IMG/VR virus record: IMGVR_UViG_3300043021_000113
Strand: one strand, 5' to 3'
Source: a virus
Taxonomy: Duplodnaviria > Caudoviricetes
Length of the DNA stretch: 64,000 bases
Position 1 is the stretch's first letter; each line of letters starts with the position of its first letter. Shown here piece after piece: positions 33,424 through 43,070 of this stretch. The position numbers and the translations under genes were made by a program. A model generated the notes under the pieces. That model did no database searches and was not told where the DNA came from. It saw only the letters and a program-made list of their open reading frames with translations.

Positions 33424-33920
33424 TACTTAAATTTATTAATTAAGTTATTTATTTTTTGTTGTACAATAGGCTTTATTGTTTCGTGCATATATTCAAAATC
33501 AATATCTCCAGATTCTGTAATTGGAAGTGGTATATATTGTTTTTTAAGTCTAGCTAAACCAGCTGCTCTACCATAACAATACCTTGGTACAAGATAACTA
33601 CTCATAATTGCTGCAATATACATTGCGCAATAATCACTAATTATTTTTATTTTAGGTTTTGCAATTACTACATGACAATTAACACCGAATTTGTAATTAT
33701 GCCATCTTGTAACTCCAGGTTTTCCATCTTTTGCAATAGTAAATAAATTTTCTCCAGCTAAATTATCTGTAAAACCACCATGTCCATTGTTAAATTCTGT
33801 TGCAGTTATTTGAGGATATTTTCCTTTTTCTGATATATTACCTGTTCCATTTTTAAGATCAAATAAATCCATTAAAAGAAATAATCCACAAGATCTATTA
33901 TTATATACTATTTTTTTCAC
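33423..33920 (-). CDS. R-M specificity subunit, single TRD (copy 2)
   Basis: DLFDLKNG, YPQITAT..NNG, Y.YGR, IPLP...G.IDFEYM, as in BcgIB-like S subunits. GTG start. Confidence 0.8.
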   Translation of the reverse strand: MKKIVYNNRSCGLFLLMDLFDLKNGTGNISEKGKYPQITATEFNNGHGGFTDNLAGENLFTIAKDGKPGVTRWHNYKFGVNCHVVIAKPKIKIISDYCAMYIAAIMSSYLVPRYCYGRAAGLARLKKQYIPLPITESGDIDFEYMHETIKPIVQQKINNLINKFK

Positions 33921-34458
33921 ATTTATTAATATTTATGTTATTTTCATTATTTATAAAATTACAATTTAAACTATTTTTTATTTTATTTATTTTTTCTTGC
34001 ATTAATGGTCGTATTATAGATTCCATATAATCAAAATCTATTTTTTCATTTTCTGTAATTGGTAAAGGAATTTCTTGTTTTTTTAATCTTGCAACATTAG
34101 CAGTTCTACCATAAGAATACCTAGGTTTTAAATAAGAACTAATAATTGCTGCCATATACATTGCTTGATAATTATTATCTATTTTATTTTTAGGAATTAA
34201 AATAACAATATTTGAAGTTGCAGAAAATTTATAATCATGCCAAAAAGTAGCTCCACCATCACCTACTGAAACAACAGTAAAACAATTTTCATAATCTTCA
34301 GAATCAGTTTTACCACCTATTCCATTATTTTTTGTTGTAGCTGTTATTAATGGATATTTTCCTTTATCAGTTATAACTCCTTTTCCCTTTTTAATTTCAA
34401 ATAAACTTGAAATTAAAAATAATCCACAAGCTCTATTATTATATACAATTTTTTTCAT
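33901..34458 (-). CDS. R-M specificity subunit, single TRD (copy 1)
   Basis: LFEIKKG, YPLITAT.KNNG, YSYGR and IPLP...IDFDYME motifs. Confidence 0.8.
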   Translation of the reverse strand: MKKIVYNNRACGLFLISSLFEIKKGKGVITDKGKYPLITATTKNNGIGGKTDSEDYENCFTVVSVGDGGATFWHDYKFSATSNIVILIPKNKIDNNYQAMYMAAIISSYLKPRYSYGRTANVARLKKQEIPLPITENEKIDFDYMESIIRPLMQEKINKIKNSLNCNFINNENNININKCEKNSI

Positions 34459-36305
34459 AAATTAGCGTTTATTTGAGATAAAACGATAATTTCAAGTTCT
34501 TTTTTTAAATCATTTCCTATATCATCTTTTGGTAAATAACACCAATCATCATTTCCAATTTTTCTAAAATTAGATTTATTAGTAATTTTTCTATTATCTA
34601 TTATATCTATTATTTCATCATATAATTTCTGTACATTTTCAGTTGGTTTACGTATATTATCTGAAACATAGAATCCATCGTCACTATAATCAACACAAAA
34701 TACTTGATGGTTAGTTGTTACTGTTTCTCCTACTGTAAATACAAATATAGATGTATTAACAGCTGCACTTGGTTGAAATAAATTATCAGCAACTTTAATT
34801 ATCATATCAAGTCTATTATTCTTTAATATTTCATTTCTAAGTTCACTAACAATTTTATTATCATTAAGACCACAACTCATAGGTACAATTGCTGCCATTT
34901 TAGCTCCTTTTGGAAGATATTTTATAGTTTCAATAACAAAAGACCATTCATGCATTTTCTTGTTTTTAGTTCCTTTCATCATTGAATATGGAGGATTTAA
35001 AATGCCAGCTGTAGGTTGAGTTTTTTTTATCTTATCTCCTACTTCGTAACAATCACCATATATTAAATTATCAGTAGAAATATTATTAAACGAAAAATTT
35101 GCAAATGCTAAAAAATACATATGTTGTAATAATTCAACTGCAATATAACCTTCTTGTAATTTTTCTTCATCTTCTTTTGTTTGACATAAACTTTTTTTAC
35201 GATTAAAAGTTTCTACAGGAAAAGCTCCAGTACCAGTACAAAGATCAAGAATAACATCTTGTGCATTATTTACTACTATATGATTCATTAATCTTGTTAT
35301 ATGATAAGGAGTTAAAACTACTCCACAATCTTTACCATCAGATTTAGTATATCTTAAAAATTCATTATATAAAATACTTGATATATCAATTTTTTTGTCT
35401 TTATATTTATTTTCTAATGGAATTAATATTTCATGTAAAATAAAAGAACAAATAAATTTAGGTAAACTCATTGTATCAATTCCAGTTTCTGAATAATTAC
35501 TCATATATTGTTTATAAGGAACAGTAGCTGAATTATTAATTGATAAACGAGATTGATCAAATCTTGATATTGAACGTTTCACATTTTCTTGAACTTCTAT
35601 TTTATGATAAGCAATTGTTTGTATTATTGCATTATATATATAACGTGAAAAATCAATATCTTTAATTTTTCTATTAACAAGATTGTTTCTGAAATCAATA
35701 CATTGTATTGACATTATACAAGCAGTCAATAAATCTATTTTATCAGATGCTGCAATGCCTGCATGATTTCTTACTCCTTCATGTAATATTCCAATTTTAG
35801 ATTTAATTTCTAACTCTACTATATGATGAATACTATTATTTTTATTAACTTTAGTTTTATTAATTATAACATCTAATGCATAATTTAAATAATCAAGTAT
35901 AGAGTCATTAGTATTTTTCTTATCTATATATTGTATTTCTTCTTCTTCGTCTAAATAAAAACAAGCTATTTCTATTTCTGTTTTACTTAAACCAAAAACA
36001 TTAACACCAAATGGTTTAATTCCAGTTTTTAAAGTTTCTAACATATAATCTTTAAGTTGAGCTTTAGCTAAAGATTTTGTTTTATTGTCATTATCAACTT
36101 TTACTTCAGCTATTAACTGCATAGGCATTTCATCAGATTTAAGACAAACATCAGATATAGAATCTGGACGTTTACCTTTTAAATTTGAAACTTGGCGAGT
36201 ATATCTATTGCCGTTTTCTTGTTTAGCTAATTTTTCCCAAGTATTAATTATTTTAAAGAAATTATCTTCAACTTGAGATTCATTAAATTTATTAATTTTT
36301 GCCAT
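34455..36305 (-). CDS. Fused restriction endonuclease / N6-adenine methyltransferase (BcgIA-like, type IIB/IIG)
   Basis: N-terminal RPD...AEVK...QLKDY nuclease motifs; GVVLTPYHIT; motif I LDLCTGTGAF; motif IV NPPY. Confidence 0.87.
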   Translation of the reverse strand: MAKINKFNESQVEDNFFKIINTWEKLAKQENGNRYTRQVSNLKGKRPDSISDVCLKSDEMPMQLIAEVKVDNDNKTKSLAKAQLKDYMLETLKTGIKPFGVNVFGLSKTEIEIACFYLDEEEEIQYIDKKNTNDSILDYLNYALDVIINKTKVNKNNSIHHIVELEIKSKIGILHEGVRNHAGIAASDKIDLLTACIMSIQCIDFRNNLVNRKIKDIDFSRYIYNAIIQTIAYHKIEVQENVKRSISRFDQSRLSINNSATVPYKQYMSNYSETGIDTMSLPKFICSFILHEILIPLENKYKDKKIDISSILYNEFLRYTKSDGKDCGVVLTPYHITRLMNHIVVNNAQDVILDLCTGTGAFPVETFNRKKSLCQTKEDEEKLQEGYIAVELLQHMYFLAFANFSFNNISTDNLIYGDCYEVGDKIKKTQPTAGILNPPYSMMKGTKNKKMHEWSFVIETIKYLPKGAKMAAIVPMSCGLNDNKIVSELRNEILKNNRLDMIIKVADNLFQPSAAVNTSIFVFTVGETVTTNHQVFCVDYSDDGFYVSDNIRKPTENVQKLYDEIIDIIDNRKITNKSNFRKIGNDDWCYLPKDDIGNDLKKELEIIVLSQINANL

Positions 36306-36472
36306 TTTATACTATAAATATTATAATTCTTTTTCATCTTATCTAAAGTTTAATATCTATTTTTAATGACTATCTATAGGTTTTTATATATTAACTAAAT
36401 TTAAAATTAACGTGTTTTCAAGGTATAGATTAAAAAGTAACTAATTATTATTATTTATTTAGATGTTAGAAT

Positions 36473-36988
36473 TTATTTATTATTATAATTAACAAAATTT
36501 TCTGCTTTTATATATTTAGAAGGACATTCAGGACATGCATATATGCAAGCATAAGCTTTATTTGATCCTTCAAATATTAAAGACATCATTGTATTATTTT
36601 TTAATAAAGTATTTAATAATTTAAAATTATTTCCAGTTAAAATCATTTTACCTTTAATTATTTTTGTATTAAATGTATATTCATCATTTGAAATTGGAGT
36701 TTTAATTATTACATTAAAATAATCATTTACTTCTTTTTCTTTATTATTTTTTTCTTTAAATGTTATTTCATAAAATTTATCATAATAACGAATAATTATT
36801 AAACAATCATTTTCTTTTCCATTTCTTTCTATACATGTTCCAGCTATAGGGAAAGATGTTCTTCTTTCATCTGATGGCGAACCATCTTCATTTATTCTTG
36901 CTTCAAATTCCCATTGTAAATCTTTATCTTACGCTTTAACACTAATTATTGTAAACAAAAATAAAGTACTTACTAAAAATTTTTTCAT
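36473..36988 (-). pseudogene. Signal-peptide protein interrupted by an in-frame TAA at codon 20
   Basis: MKKFLVSTLFLFTIISVKA*DKDLQWEF..., then open for about 150 more codons. Confidence 0.7.
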
Positions 36989-37025
36989 CTTATCTAATGT
37001 TTTATTATCTATTAATAAATTTTAT

Positions 37026-37559
37026 TTATTGACTAACTTTATTTTCAGTCTGAGTTTTTAAAGTTCTATTTGTAAAATTCACAGAATCTTTAAGTTCTTT
37101 AAGAAGTTTTACTTCTTCAATTGAAGCATGTTCTGATGAATCTTTAACATCACTTAATTTTTGATTCAGATTGAAAATTCCTGTTTTATTTTCTCTTATC
37201 AGCAACTCTAGATCATAAATTCTGTTTGATATATCGTTAAACTCTACTGAATGATCTTTTGTTAATAATTCAATTTTAGATTGACTCATTCCAATTGCTC
37301 TAACATTATTTTTTATTTCGTCAATCTTTCCATAATTATTATCTGTTGCTTTAATATTTTTTAATTCTTCACTTATTAAATAAAGCTTAGAATTAATTTC
37401 AGTTGAGGTGTTGAGTGTTCTTGTGAAACTCAAACTAAGATCATAAAGGTCTAAAGATTGTTTGTCTAATAGACCATTAATTGCTTTTAATTTTTTATTT
37501 ATATAAACAAAAAAGCAAAGACCAGAAAATGCAATCACTGCTAATGTTAAAGATCCCAT
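37026..37559 (-). CDS. Membrane-anchored coiled-coil protein
   Basis: N-terminal TM helix and heptad-rich body. Confidence 0.65.
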   Translation of the reverse strand: MGSLTLAVIAFSGLCFFVYINKKLKAINGLLDKQSLDLYDLSLSFTRTLNTSTEINSKLYLISEELKNIKATDNNYGKIDEIKNNVRAIGMSQSKIELLTKDHSVEFNDISNRIYDLELLIRENKTGIFNLNQKLSDVKDSSEHASIEEVKLLKELKDSVNFTNRTLKTQTENKVSQ

Positions 37560-37570
37560 GTTTTAATTAA

Positions 37571-37720
37571 TTAAAGATTCTTAACTAAACTTTCAAGTAA
37601 TCTGTTAAACATTGCGTCGTGATCATCTAAACGCTCATTTAATTTTTTAAGCTCTAATTCTATTCTATCTAAGGACTCCTTGAGACCTTGAATTTCTGTT
37701 AAACTACTTCTAATCTTCAT
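37571..37720 (-). CDS. Small coiled-coil protein (49 aa)
   Basis: MKIRSSLTEIQGLKESLDRIELELKKL... fills the gap. Confidence 0.5.
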   Translation of the reverse strand: MKIRSSLTEIQGLKESLDRIELELKKLNERLDDHDAMFNRLLESLVKNL

Positions 37721-37726
37721 TATATC

Positions 37727-37975
37727 TTATCTTTTTTCATCCCAATTTATTTTATCTATTGCATCATCTGGCAATTTAAAAACTCCCATGTTTTCCTCTT
37801 TAGCACCAATGCTAAAGAGAACAAACATGAAACTTCCAATTTGACTGTCTAAATCTTGTTTGTAAATACTACTTATTCTTTTAATTGCTAAATAATCGCT
37901 ATTATCAGAATTTAATTTTACTGTATTATTTACAAAAAGTTTAAAATCAGCTTTATATGGTATGTAATTTTGCAT
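37727..37975 (-). CDS. Hypothetical protein
   Basis: ORF track. Confidence 0.6.
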   Translation of the reverse strand: MQNYIPYKADFKLFVNNTVKLNSDNSDYLAIKRISSIYKQDLDSQIGSFMFVLFSIGAKEENMGVFKLPDDAIDKINWDEKR

Positions 37976-38310
37976 TATTGAGCACTTTTACTTTTTAATT
38001 CTTCTAATTGTTTTTGTAAAATTTCAATTTGCATTTCTTGCATTTCTTGCATTTTCTTTTTACTTTCTTTTTCTTCTAATTTTTCTTGATTATATGTTAA
38101 ATCGAATTGTTCTTCGCCATCCAATACTAATTGGAAAAAATCAATTACTGCCCAAATTAAAATTAAAACTGGGACAAAATATGTCCAACAAAACAAAATA
38201 CTTAAAAAAAGTTTTGTTAAACCAAATCCAATTCTTTTTAAATAAAAATCATGAAATCCAATTATACCAAAAAAGACACATAATAAGATTGCTGTTCCTC
38301 TACTTTTCAT
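37975..38310 (-). CDS. TM2/NINE-domain membrane protein
   Basis: KSRGTAILLCVFFG..GFHDFYL...G, ...IWAVIDF...FD..YN. Confidence 0.85.
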   Translation of the reverse strand: MKSRGTAILLCVFFGIIGFHDFYLKRIGFGLTKLFLSILFCWTYFVPVLILIWAVIDFFQLVLDGEEQFDLTYNQEKLEEKESKKKMQEMQEMQIEILQKQLEELKSKSAQ

Positions 38311-38337
38311 TGCTTAAAATTTATCTGTTTTTAATAA

Positions 38338-38709
38338 TTATTTATTATATTTATTTTTTATGTATTCAGATTCACCGAAACGTTCTTTCGTTTCAAGTAT
38401 AATATCAATAGGAAATTTTTCTTTTAAATCTCCATAATTATCAATATATTTAAAAGTTTTTTCATCTGAAATACATAAATAATAATTCCTAATAATATGA
38501 ATTAAATCATCTAAAACTTGATCTCGAACATGTTCATCCGCTTCTTCTCGTGATGGTTTAGATTTGATTTCTTTTTCTATTGCTTCATATACATTTTTTA
38601 TTGATTCACTCACAGATAATACGGTAGCATAATATTTATCTGATTTTTCTTCAGCATTTATGTTAAAAACAGATAACATCATAGCTGTTATTATTAAAAA
38701 CTTTTTCAT
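38338..38709 (-). CDS. Secreted hypothetical protein
   Basis: Signal peptide MKKFLIITAMMLSVFNINA. Confidence 0.65.
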   Translation of the reverse strand: MKKFLIITAMMLSVFNINAEEKSDKYYATVLSVSESIKNVYEAIEKEIKSKPSREEADEHVRDQVLDDLIHIIRNYYLCISDEKTFKYIDNYGDLKEKFPIDIILETKERFGESEYIKNKYNK

Positions 38710-38749
38710 TTTATAAATTGTTAAGTGTTAGTAAATTATTTTTTAAATT

Positions 38750-38776
38750 AAAAAAGCCAGGCTTTCACCTGGCTTT
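38750..38776 (-). terminator. Intrinsic terminator
   Basis: AAAGCCAGG...CCTGGCTTT stem plus T-run on the minus strand. Confidence 0.75.
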
Positions 38777-38788
38777 AGACACTGATTT

Positions 38789-39019
38789 TTAATTCAAATT
38801 AGCATTAGAATTTGAGTTTATCCATTCGTTAACTGTTCCAGTAAAACCTATTGGTTGTCTACTTTCCCATTCAGGATTTACTTTTTCTTCAGTTTTATTA
38901 TCAGTGACAATATCATTTATTAAACTATCGTTTATTACTTGTTGTTCTGCTTGTTCAATTATTATATCACTACAAGAACAAGTAGCCAAAACAAAAGTTA
39001 TTAATATAAAATTTTTCAT
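38789..39019 (-). CDS. Putative lipoprotein
   Basis: MKNFILITFVLATCSC lipobox-like N-terminus. Confidence 0.6.
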   Translation of the reverse strand: MKNFILITFVLATCSCSDIIIEQAEQQVINDSLINDIVTDNKTEEKVNPEWESRQPIGFTGTVNEWINSNSNANLN

Positions 39020-39037
39020 TTTTTTAAATATTAAAAT

Positions 39038-39070
39038 AAAAAAGGGCCAAGCATTAATGCAAGACCCTTT
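39038..39070 (-). terminator. Probable intrinsic terminator
   Basis: AAAGGG..AAGCATTAATGC..CCCTTT stem with T-run on the minus strand. Confidence 0.6.
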
Positions 39071-39087
39071 AAATATCGTTTATTTAG

Positions 39088-39591
39088 TTATTCACTAAAT
39101 ACAATGTATTTTCCAATTTTTGTTCCTTTTCCTGGTATATATTCAAAAGTAAATGCTTTTGGTTCTCCTTCTGAAACAACTTTAACTAATCGGCAATAAT
39201 GTTTTACATTTTCGCCTAAAATTTCTCTATATTCTCTTACAATTTCTCTTGCAAGATCCATTGCTGCGTTTTTATGTTCTGCTTTTCCTAGAATTTCTCC
39301 AGTTTCTGAATTTATCAATTCATAAATTGTTTTATATTTTCTTTGTCCAGTTGAAGAAATAGAATTAATTTTATAAGGATTTAATCTTTTATCCTCAGTT
39401 GGTAATTCTTCGATTATATATGCATTTTCAACTTTGTTTTTTTCAAGATAATTTTTAGCGAACTCTTCAAATTCAACACCTATAGGTTTTCCTGCTTTTT
39501 TCCAAGAAAAAGTAGCGTTTTTTGAAAGTTCCAAACCTGTTTCTTCTTTTACATTTTGCAAATTGAATGCCTTTACTTTAACTATTTTCAT
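39088..39591 (-). CDS. Hypothetical protein
   Basis: 167-aa ORF with its own promoter and terminator. Confidence 0.7.
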   Translation of the reverse strand: MKIVKVKAFNLQNVKEETGLELSKNATFSWKKAGKPIGVEFEEFAKNYLEKNKVENAYIIEELPTEDKRLNPYKINSISSTGQRKYKTIYELINSETGEILGKAEHKNAAMDLAREIVREYREILGENVKHYCRLVKVVSEGEPKAFTFEYIPGKGTKIGKYIVFSE

Positions 39592-39638
39592 AAAACAATA
39601 TTTTTAGTTATTAACTATTATTTCTTATTTTTACATTA

Positions 39639-39670
39639 CAAAGATAATTTTTATTTTTTTAACTACCAAA
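39639..39670 (-). promoter_or_regulatory. Bacteroidota sigma70-type promoter
   Basis: Exact TTTG-N20-TATCTTTG. Confidence 0.75.
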
Positions 39671-39680
39671 TGTTTTTGCA

Positions 39681-40310
39681 TTAAAAAGGTATATAACCTC
39701 TCAAAATTTCATTTACTTTTGCTTTAACATCACTTGCCGCTGTAATTCCAAAATAATTGGGAATTGTAACACCTCCCAGAAACTCGCCAACATAAAGAGC
39801 TAAAGTTTCCTTAAAATTTATCGCTTGTTCATCTGTCATTCCAGCGGTATTTAACGCTTTAAGATCTACTAATTTATTAATTGCATCTATTGGTCCAGCT
39901 TTTGGATCTTTCTTTCTTAAAGATAAAGTAATTGATCCAGTAAGAGCAATTAATAAAAGCTTATTATCTATTGCTTCGCCTAAATTTCCAAGGCTAAATA
40001 AACTTTGAAATACTGCCACTCGTTCATCACTAGATAATGCTTTATAATCTTTTATAACACTAGCAACTGTTGGAGCCAATTTTATTGGTTCAACTTTTAC
40101 TTCTTCGGCAGTCTTGACTAACTCTTGAAGCTTATTAATTTTTAAATTAATTTCACTTTGTGCATTTAAAATATCATTAATTTTTATGCTTAATTCTTCG
40201 TTTATCATTTGATATTTACAATTATACGTTGGTATTATCTCTTCACAAAGACATTTACAATTTGTGCAGTATTCATTCATAAAATAACAAGAGAATTTAA
40301 ACCGCACCAA
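39681..40310 (-). CDS. Hypothetical protein (probable start 40280)
   Basis: ORF track; Cys-rich N-terminus. Confidence 0.6.
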   Translation of the reverse strand: MVRFKFSCYFMNEYCTNCKCLCEEIIPTYNCKYQMINEELSIKINDILNAQSEINLKINKLQELVKTAEEVKVEPIKLAPTVASVIKDYKALSSDERVAVFQSLFSLGNLGEAIDNKLLLIALTGSITLSLRKKDPKAGPIDAINKLVDLKALNTAGMTDEQAINFKETLALYVGEFLGGVTIPNYFGITAASDVKAKVNEILRGYIPF

Positions 40311-40510
40311 AAATCAATTATTCCATCTTTAGGAGATAATCCTTTATAAACTATTTCTTGATCACTAAAAATGTAATCTAAAACTAATTTTATACATTCT
40401 GGTTGTTGTTCGTAATTATCTTTAAGTGGTGGCGAACCATTCCAAAATAACGGAAATGGTAAAATTTCTTTGTCGTTAGGTATAAAATACCATAAACATT
40501 TTTTGCTCAT
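40277..40510 (-). CDS. Hypothetical protein
   Basis: ORF track; ATGA overlaps. Confidence 0.55.
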   Translation of the reverse strand: MSKKCLWYFIPNDKEILPFPLFWNGSPPLKDNYEQQPECIKLVLDYIFSDQEIVYKGLSPKDGIIDFWCGLNSLVIL

Positions 40511-40797
40511 AAATTCAAATCATCAAAATTCCAATTATCATCGTTTATATCATCAATTCTTGTTTCTTTATTATAACTCCATTCTAAAGTATTTTCATAT
40601 CCGTTGGCTTGATGCCAAGCAACACGCTTTATAAGCTCTAAAAATTCATGCCATCCTAAAATTAATTGATCATTTTTAACATTATAAAGCTTGGATCTTT
40701 TCAATCCTATTGTTTCAACAACAAGCATATTCGCTGTTCCAGAAAATCCTTCTCCATAAGTTTTTTTAATGTATTCTCTTAATAAAAAATAATAACT
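40507..40797 (-). CDS. PD-(D/E)XK exonuclease (RecE/ExoVIII-like), exon 2
   Basis: Begins SYYFLLREY, in frame with ORF 40507..40728; completes the RQMASY (QxxxY) motif. Confidence 0.78.
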   Translation of the reverse strand, partial: SYYFLLREYIKKTYGEGFSGTANMLVVETIGLKRSKLYNVKNDQLILGWHEFLELIKRVAWHQANGYENTLEWSYNKETRIDDINDDNWNFDDLNL

Positions 40798-40942
40798 CTA
40801 TTATGTTCACATACAGTCGCTAATTGTATGCCGGTTTTTATAAAAACCTGCTGTATGTTACCATACAGTCCAGACTATATCATGATCTTCAGCATTATCT
40901 GTTAAGATCCCCTCCATTTCCACTCGCTTGAGTGTACTCTAC

Positions 40943-41755
40943 TCACTTCCAGATTTTTTCTGTGTTTTCGATAGTCGTTGAGCACAAATTTAAATTATGG
41001 TAAATTTTATAAATTTGATTTTTAAAATCATTTATATTATAATCAATTTTCATATAATTGCACATAGGACAACATGACACACAATTTCCAGGTATATATC
41101 CTTTATTTGGATTTATTCTATCAATTCCATTGGTAGGTAAAGCTTCTTCTTTAAATCTTGTTTTAACCCAATCTCTCATTTGTGGTTTATTACCACAATA
41201 ATAGCAATTTCCATTAATGAGATTTTTTACTTCTTCTTTTGATAGTTTAAATTCAATTTCTCCACGTCTTTTTTCTGCTATAATTTTTTTACTATAATCA
41301 TTATAAAATCTAGTATAAAAATCTCCAGCTTTTATGCCTTTTTTCCCTGTACATTTATTACATCCGTCGCCTTTAATATTTAAAATTTGGGCTTTATACT
41401 TCATATGAATATCACCACATTTTTTACATTGAACAACGAATTTTGTATGATTTTTTAATCTTTTACAATCTATAACTTTATAGGCTTTATTTTCATATCC
41501 TACAAATTTTTTTGCTTTTTTTGGTTTTTCTTGCTTAGTTCTTGTTACAACAAGTTTTTTTAAACATCCAGTACAAGATGTTTGCTTGTATTTTTTAATT
41601 TCACCCATACTTTTTACAAATTCTTTACCGCAATAAATGCATTTACATTTATAAGCTGTACTATGGGGTCTTTTTTCTCTTTCTATTTCTAAAACCTCAA
41701 AACAATTAATAATTTTTCCAATATATTGGCTTATAGATTTATTAACTTTCTCCAT
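40943..41755 (-). CDS. Intron-encoded HNH (His-Me finger) homing endonuclease
   Basis: CxxC ribbons; CYYCG...NGIDRINPNKGYIPGNCVSCCPMCNYMK; C-terminus runs into the intron core (CSTTIE). Confidence 0.88.
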   Translation of the reverse strand: MEKVNKSISQYIGKIINCFEVLEIEREKRPHSTAYKCKCIYCGKEFVKSMGEIKKYKQTSCTGCLKKLVVTRTKQEKPKKAKKFVGYENKAYKVIDCKRLKNHTKFVVQCKKCGDIHMKYKAQILNIKGDGCNKCTGKKGIKAGDFYTRFYNDYSKKIIAEKRRGEIEFKLSKEEVKNLINGNCYYCGNKPQMRDWVKTRFKEEALPTNGIDRINPNKGYIPGNCVSCCPMCNYMKIDYNINDFKNQIYKIYHNLNLCSTTIENTEKIWK

Positions 41756-41784
41756 AATTTAAATTCTTCGCTTATGATTATCTG

Positions 41785-41792
41785 CAAATATA
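41785..41792 (-). promoter_or_regulatory. -7 promoter box for the intron HNH gene
   Basis: TATATTTG about 30 nt upstream of the HNH start. Confidence 0.5.
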
Positions 41793-41887
41793 ATAAAATT
41801 TTTTGTAACATTTAAATATTTGCACATTTCCCATAAATTAGAAGGGTTATTCGTGTGTTATTTCTAACACAAGGGCCGTTATTTTTC

Positions 41888-42766
41888 AGCCATTTGTCTT
41901 GAATAATGAAACTTACTCCAAGAACCGGGCTTTTGAACTATTTTTTCTTCTATTGGATCATATTCTGAAAAACCCATAAAATTTTCAACTGGCGAACCGC
42001 TGGTTTTAAGATCGTTTAGACAAAAAACTTTGTTTTCTTTATTTATCCATCCATGATCAAGTTTCATCTTAAAACCCACAATTTCTGTTATCTTTTCTCC
42101 TTCCAAATTGCCTAAATCCTTTGGAAATGTAATTTTAAAATCTGCTAAAATAGCCATTTCAAATAAACTTCCTTTATGGTTTATTTGATCCATTATTTCT
42201 TTATTTTCTTTTAAATTTTTAATGCAATTAATAGCTCTAATTCTTAGATCACTAGGTAATATTATTTCTTCAATTTCTCTTTTTGGCTTAATAATTGCTT
42301 TGTAATAAGCTAAACTTTCTCTTATTTTGTCCTTTATAAATCCTGGAATTCCTAAAGAACCATTAGATAAAATTCTATTTAAATAATAATCAGCACGAGA
42401 ACAAGCCAAAACTATTGATTCTTCAATAGTTTTACCTTTACTTCTATATTCTTTGAAAGCTTCAACTGCTAAATAAAATTTACCTGTTGGAGCTTCAATT
42501 TCTGATAATTTAAACTCGTTCGGCTGCAATAATGCTTGGTGAATTGCACTTCCGAGCGATAAAGCAACACTATTTGAAGGTTTGAATCCTTCGAAAAATT
42601 TTGTTGGAGAACCACCTTGAGCTGGATTTAATAATCCAAGCTTTGAATTACTAACATATCTTGCATATTTAGAACTAAAATAAACTTCATCTGGTATATC
42701 TAACATTTGCAGACTGTCTGAAATAAGTTCTATTTTAAAATGTTTTAATATTTCGTTAATTTCCAT
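41888..42766 (-). CDS. PD-(D/E)XK exonuclease (RecE/ExoVIII-like), exon 1 (spliced 389 aa)
   Basis: SNSKL, LGSAIH, KMKLD, LNDLKT and HYSRQMA motifs. Confidence 0.8.
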
Positions 42767-42768
42767 TT

Positions 42769-43044
42769 TTAATTGTTGTTATTAAGACAGCTTGTAGATT
42801 TTGGTGGATCGTAATGATCCAGCAATCTGTCTATTGCATTTCTGCATTTGAAATACTCATAACTATCTATTACAGCCGCTTGTAAATCTTGGTTCATTTT
42901 AGGATAGTTATCGTGAAATTCTTTGCTTAAATCATCGTAGCCTTCTTTGATTAGCTCTACTTTCTTTAATAACTCAACCAAGAGCTCATACTCCATATTG
43001 TATAACTTCTTCACATCAGCTACTATTGTATCGAAACTACGCAT
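42769..43044 (-). CDS. Hypothetical protein
   Basis: ORF track. Confidence 0.6.
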   Translation of the reverse strand: MRSFDTIVADVKKLYNMEYELLVELLKKVELIKEGYDDLSKEFHDNYPKMNQDLQAAVIDSYEYFKCRNAIDRLLDHYDPPKSTSCLNNNN

Positions 43045-43070
43045 AGTTTATAAATAAGAAAAGCCAAAGA

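Larger units (their letters stand above)
40798..41887 (-). mobile_element. Group I intron (1090 nt) carrying an HNH homing endonuclease gene
   Basis: P1 GGCT/GGCC with U.G pair; P7 ACGACTA and GATATAGTC; terminal G; in-frame splice. Confidence 0.85.
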
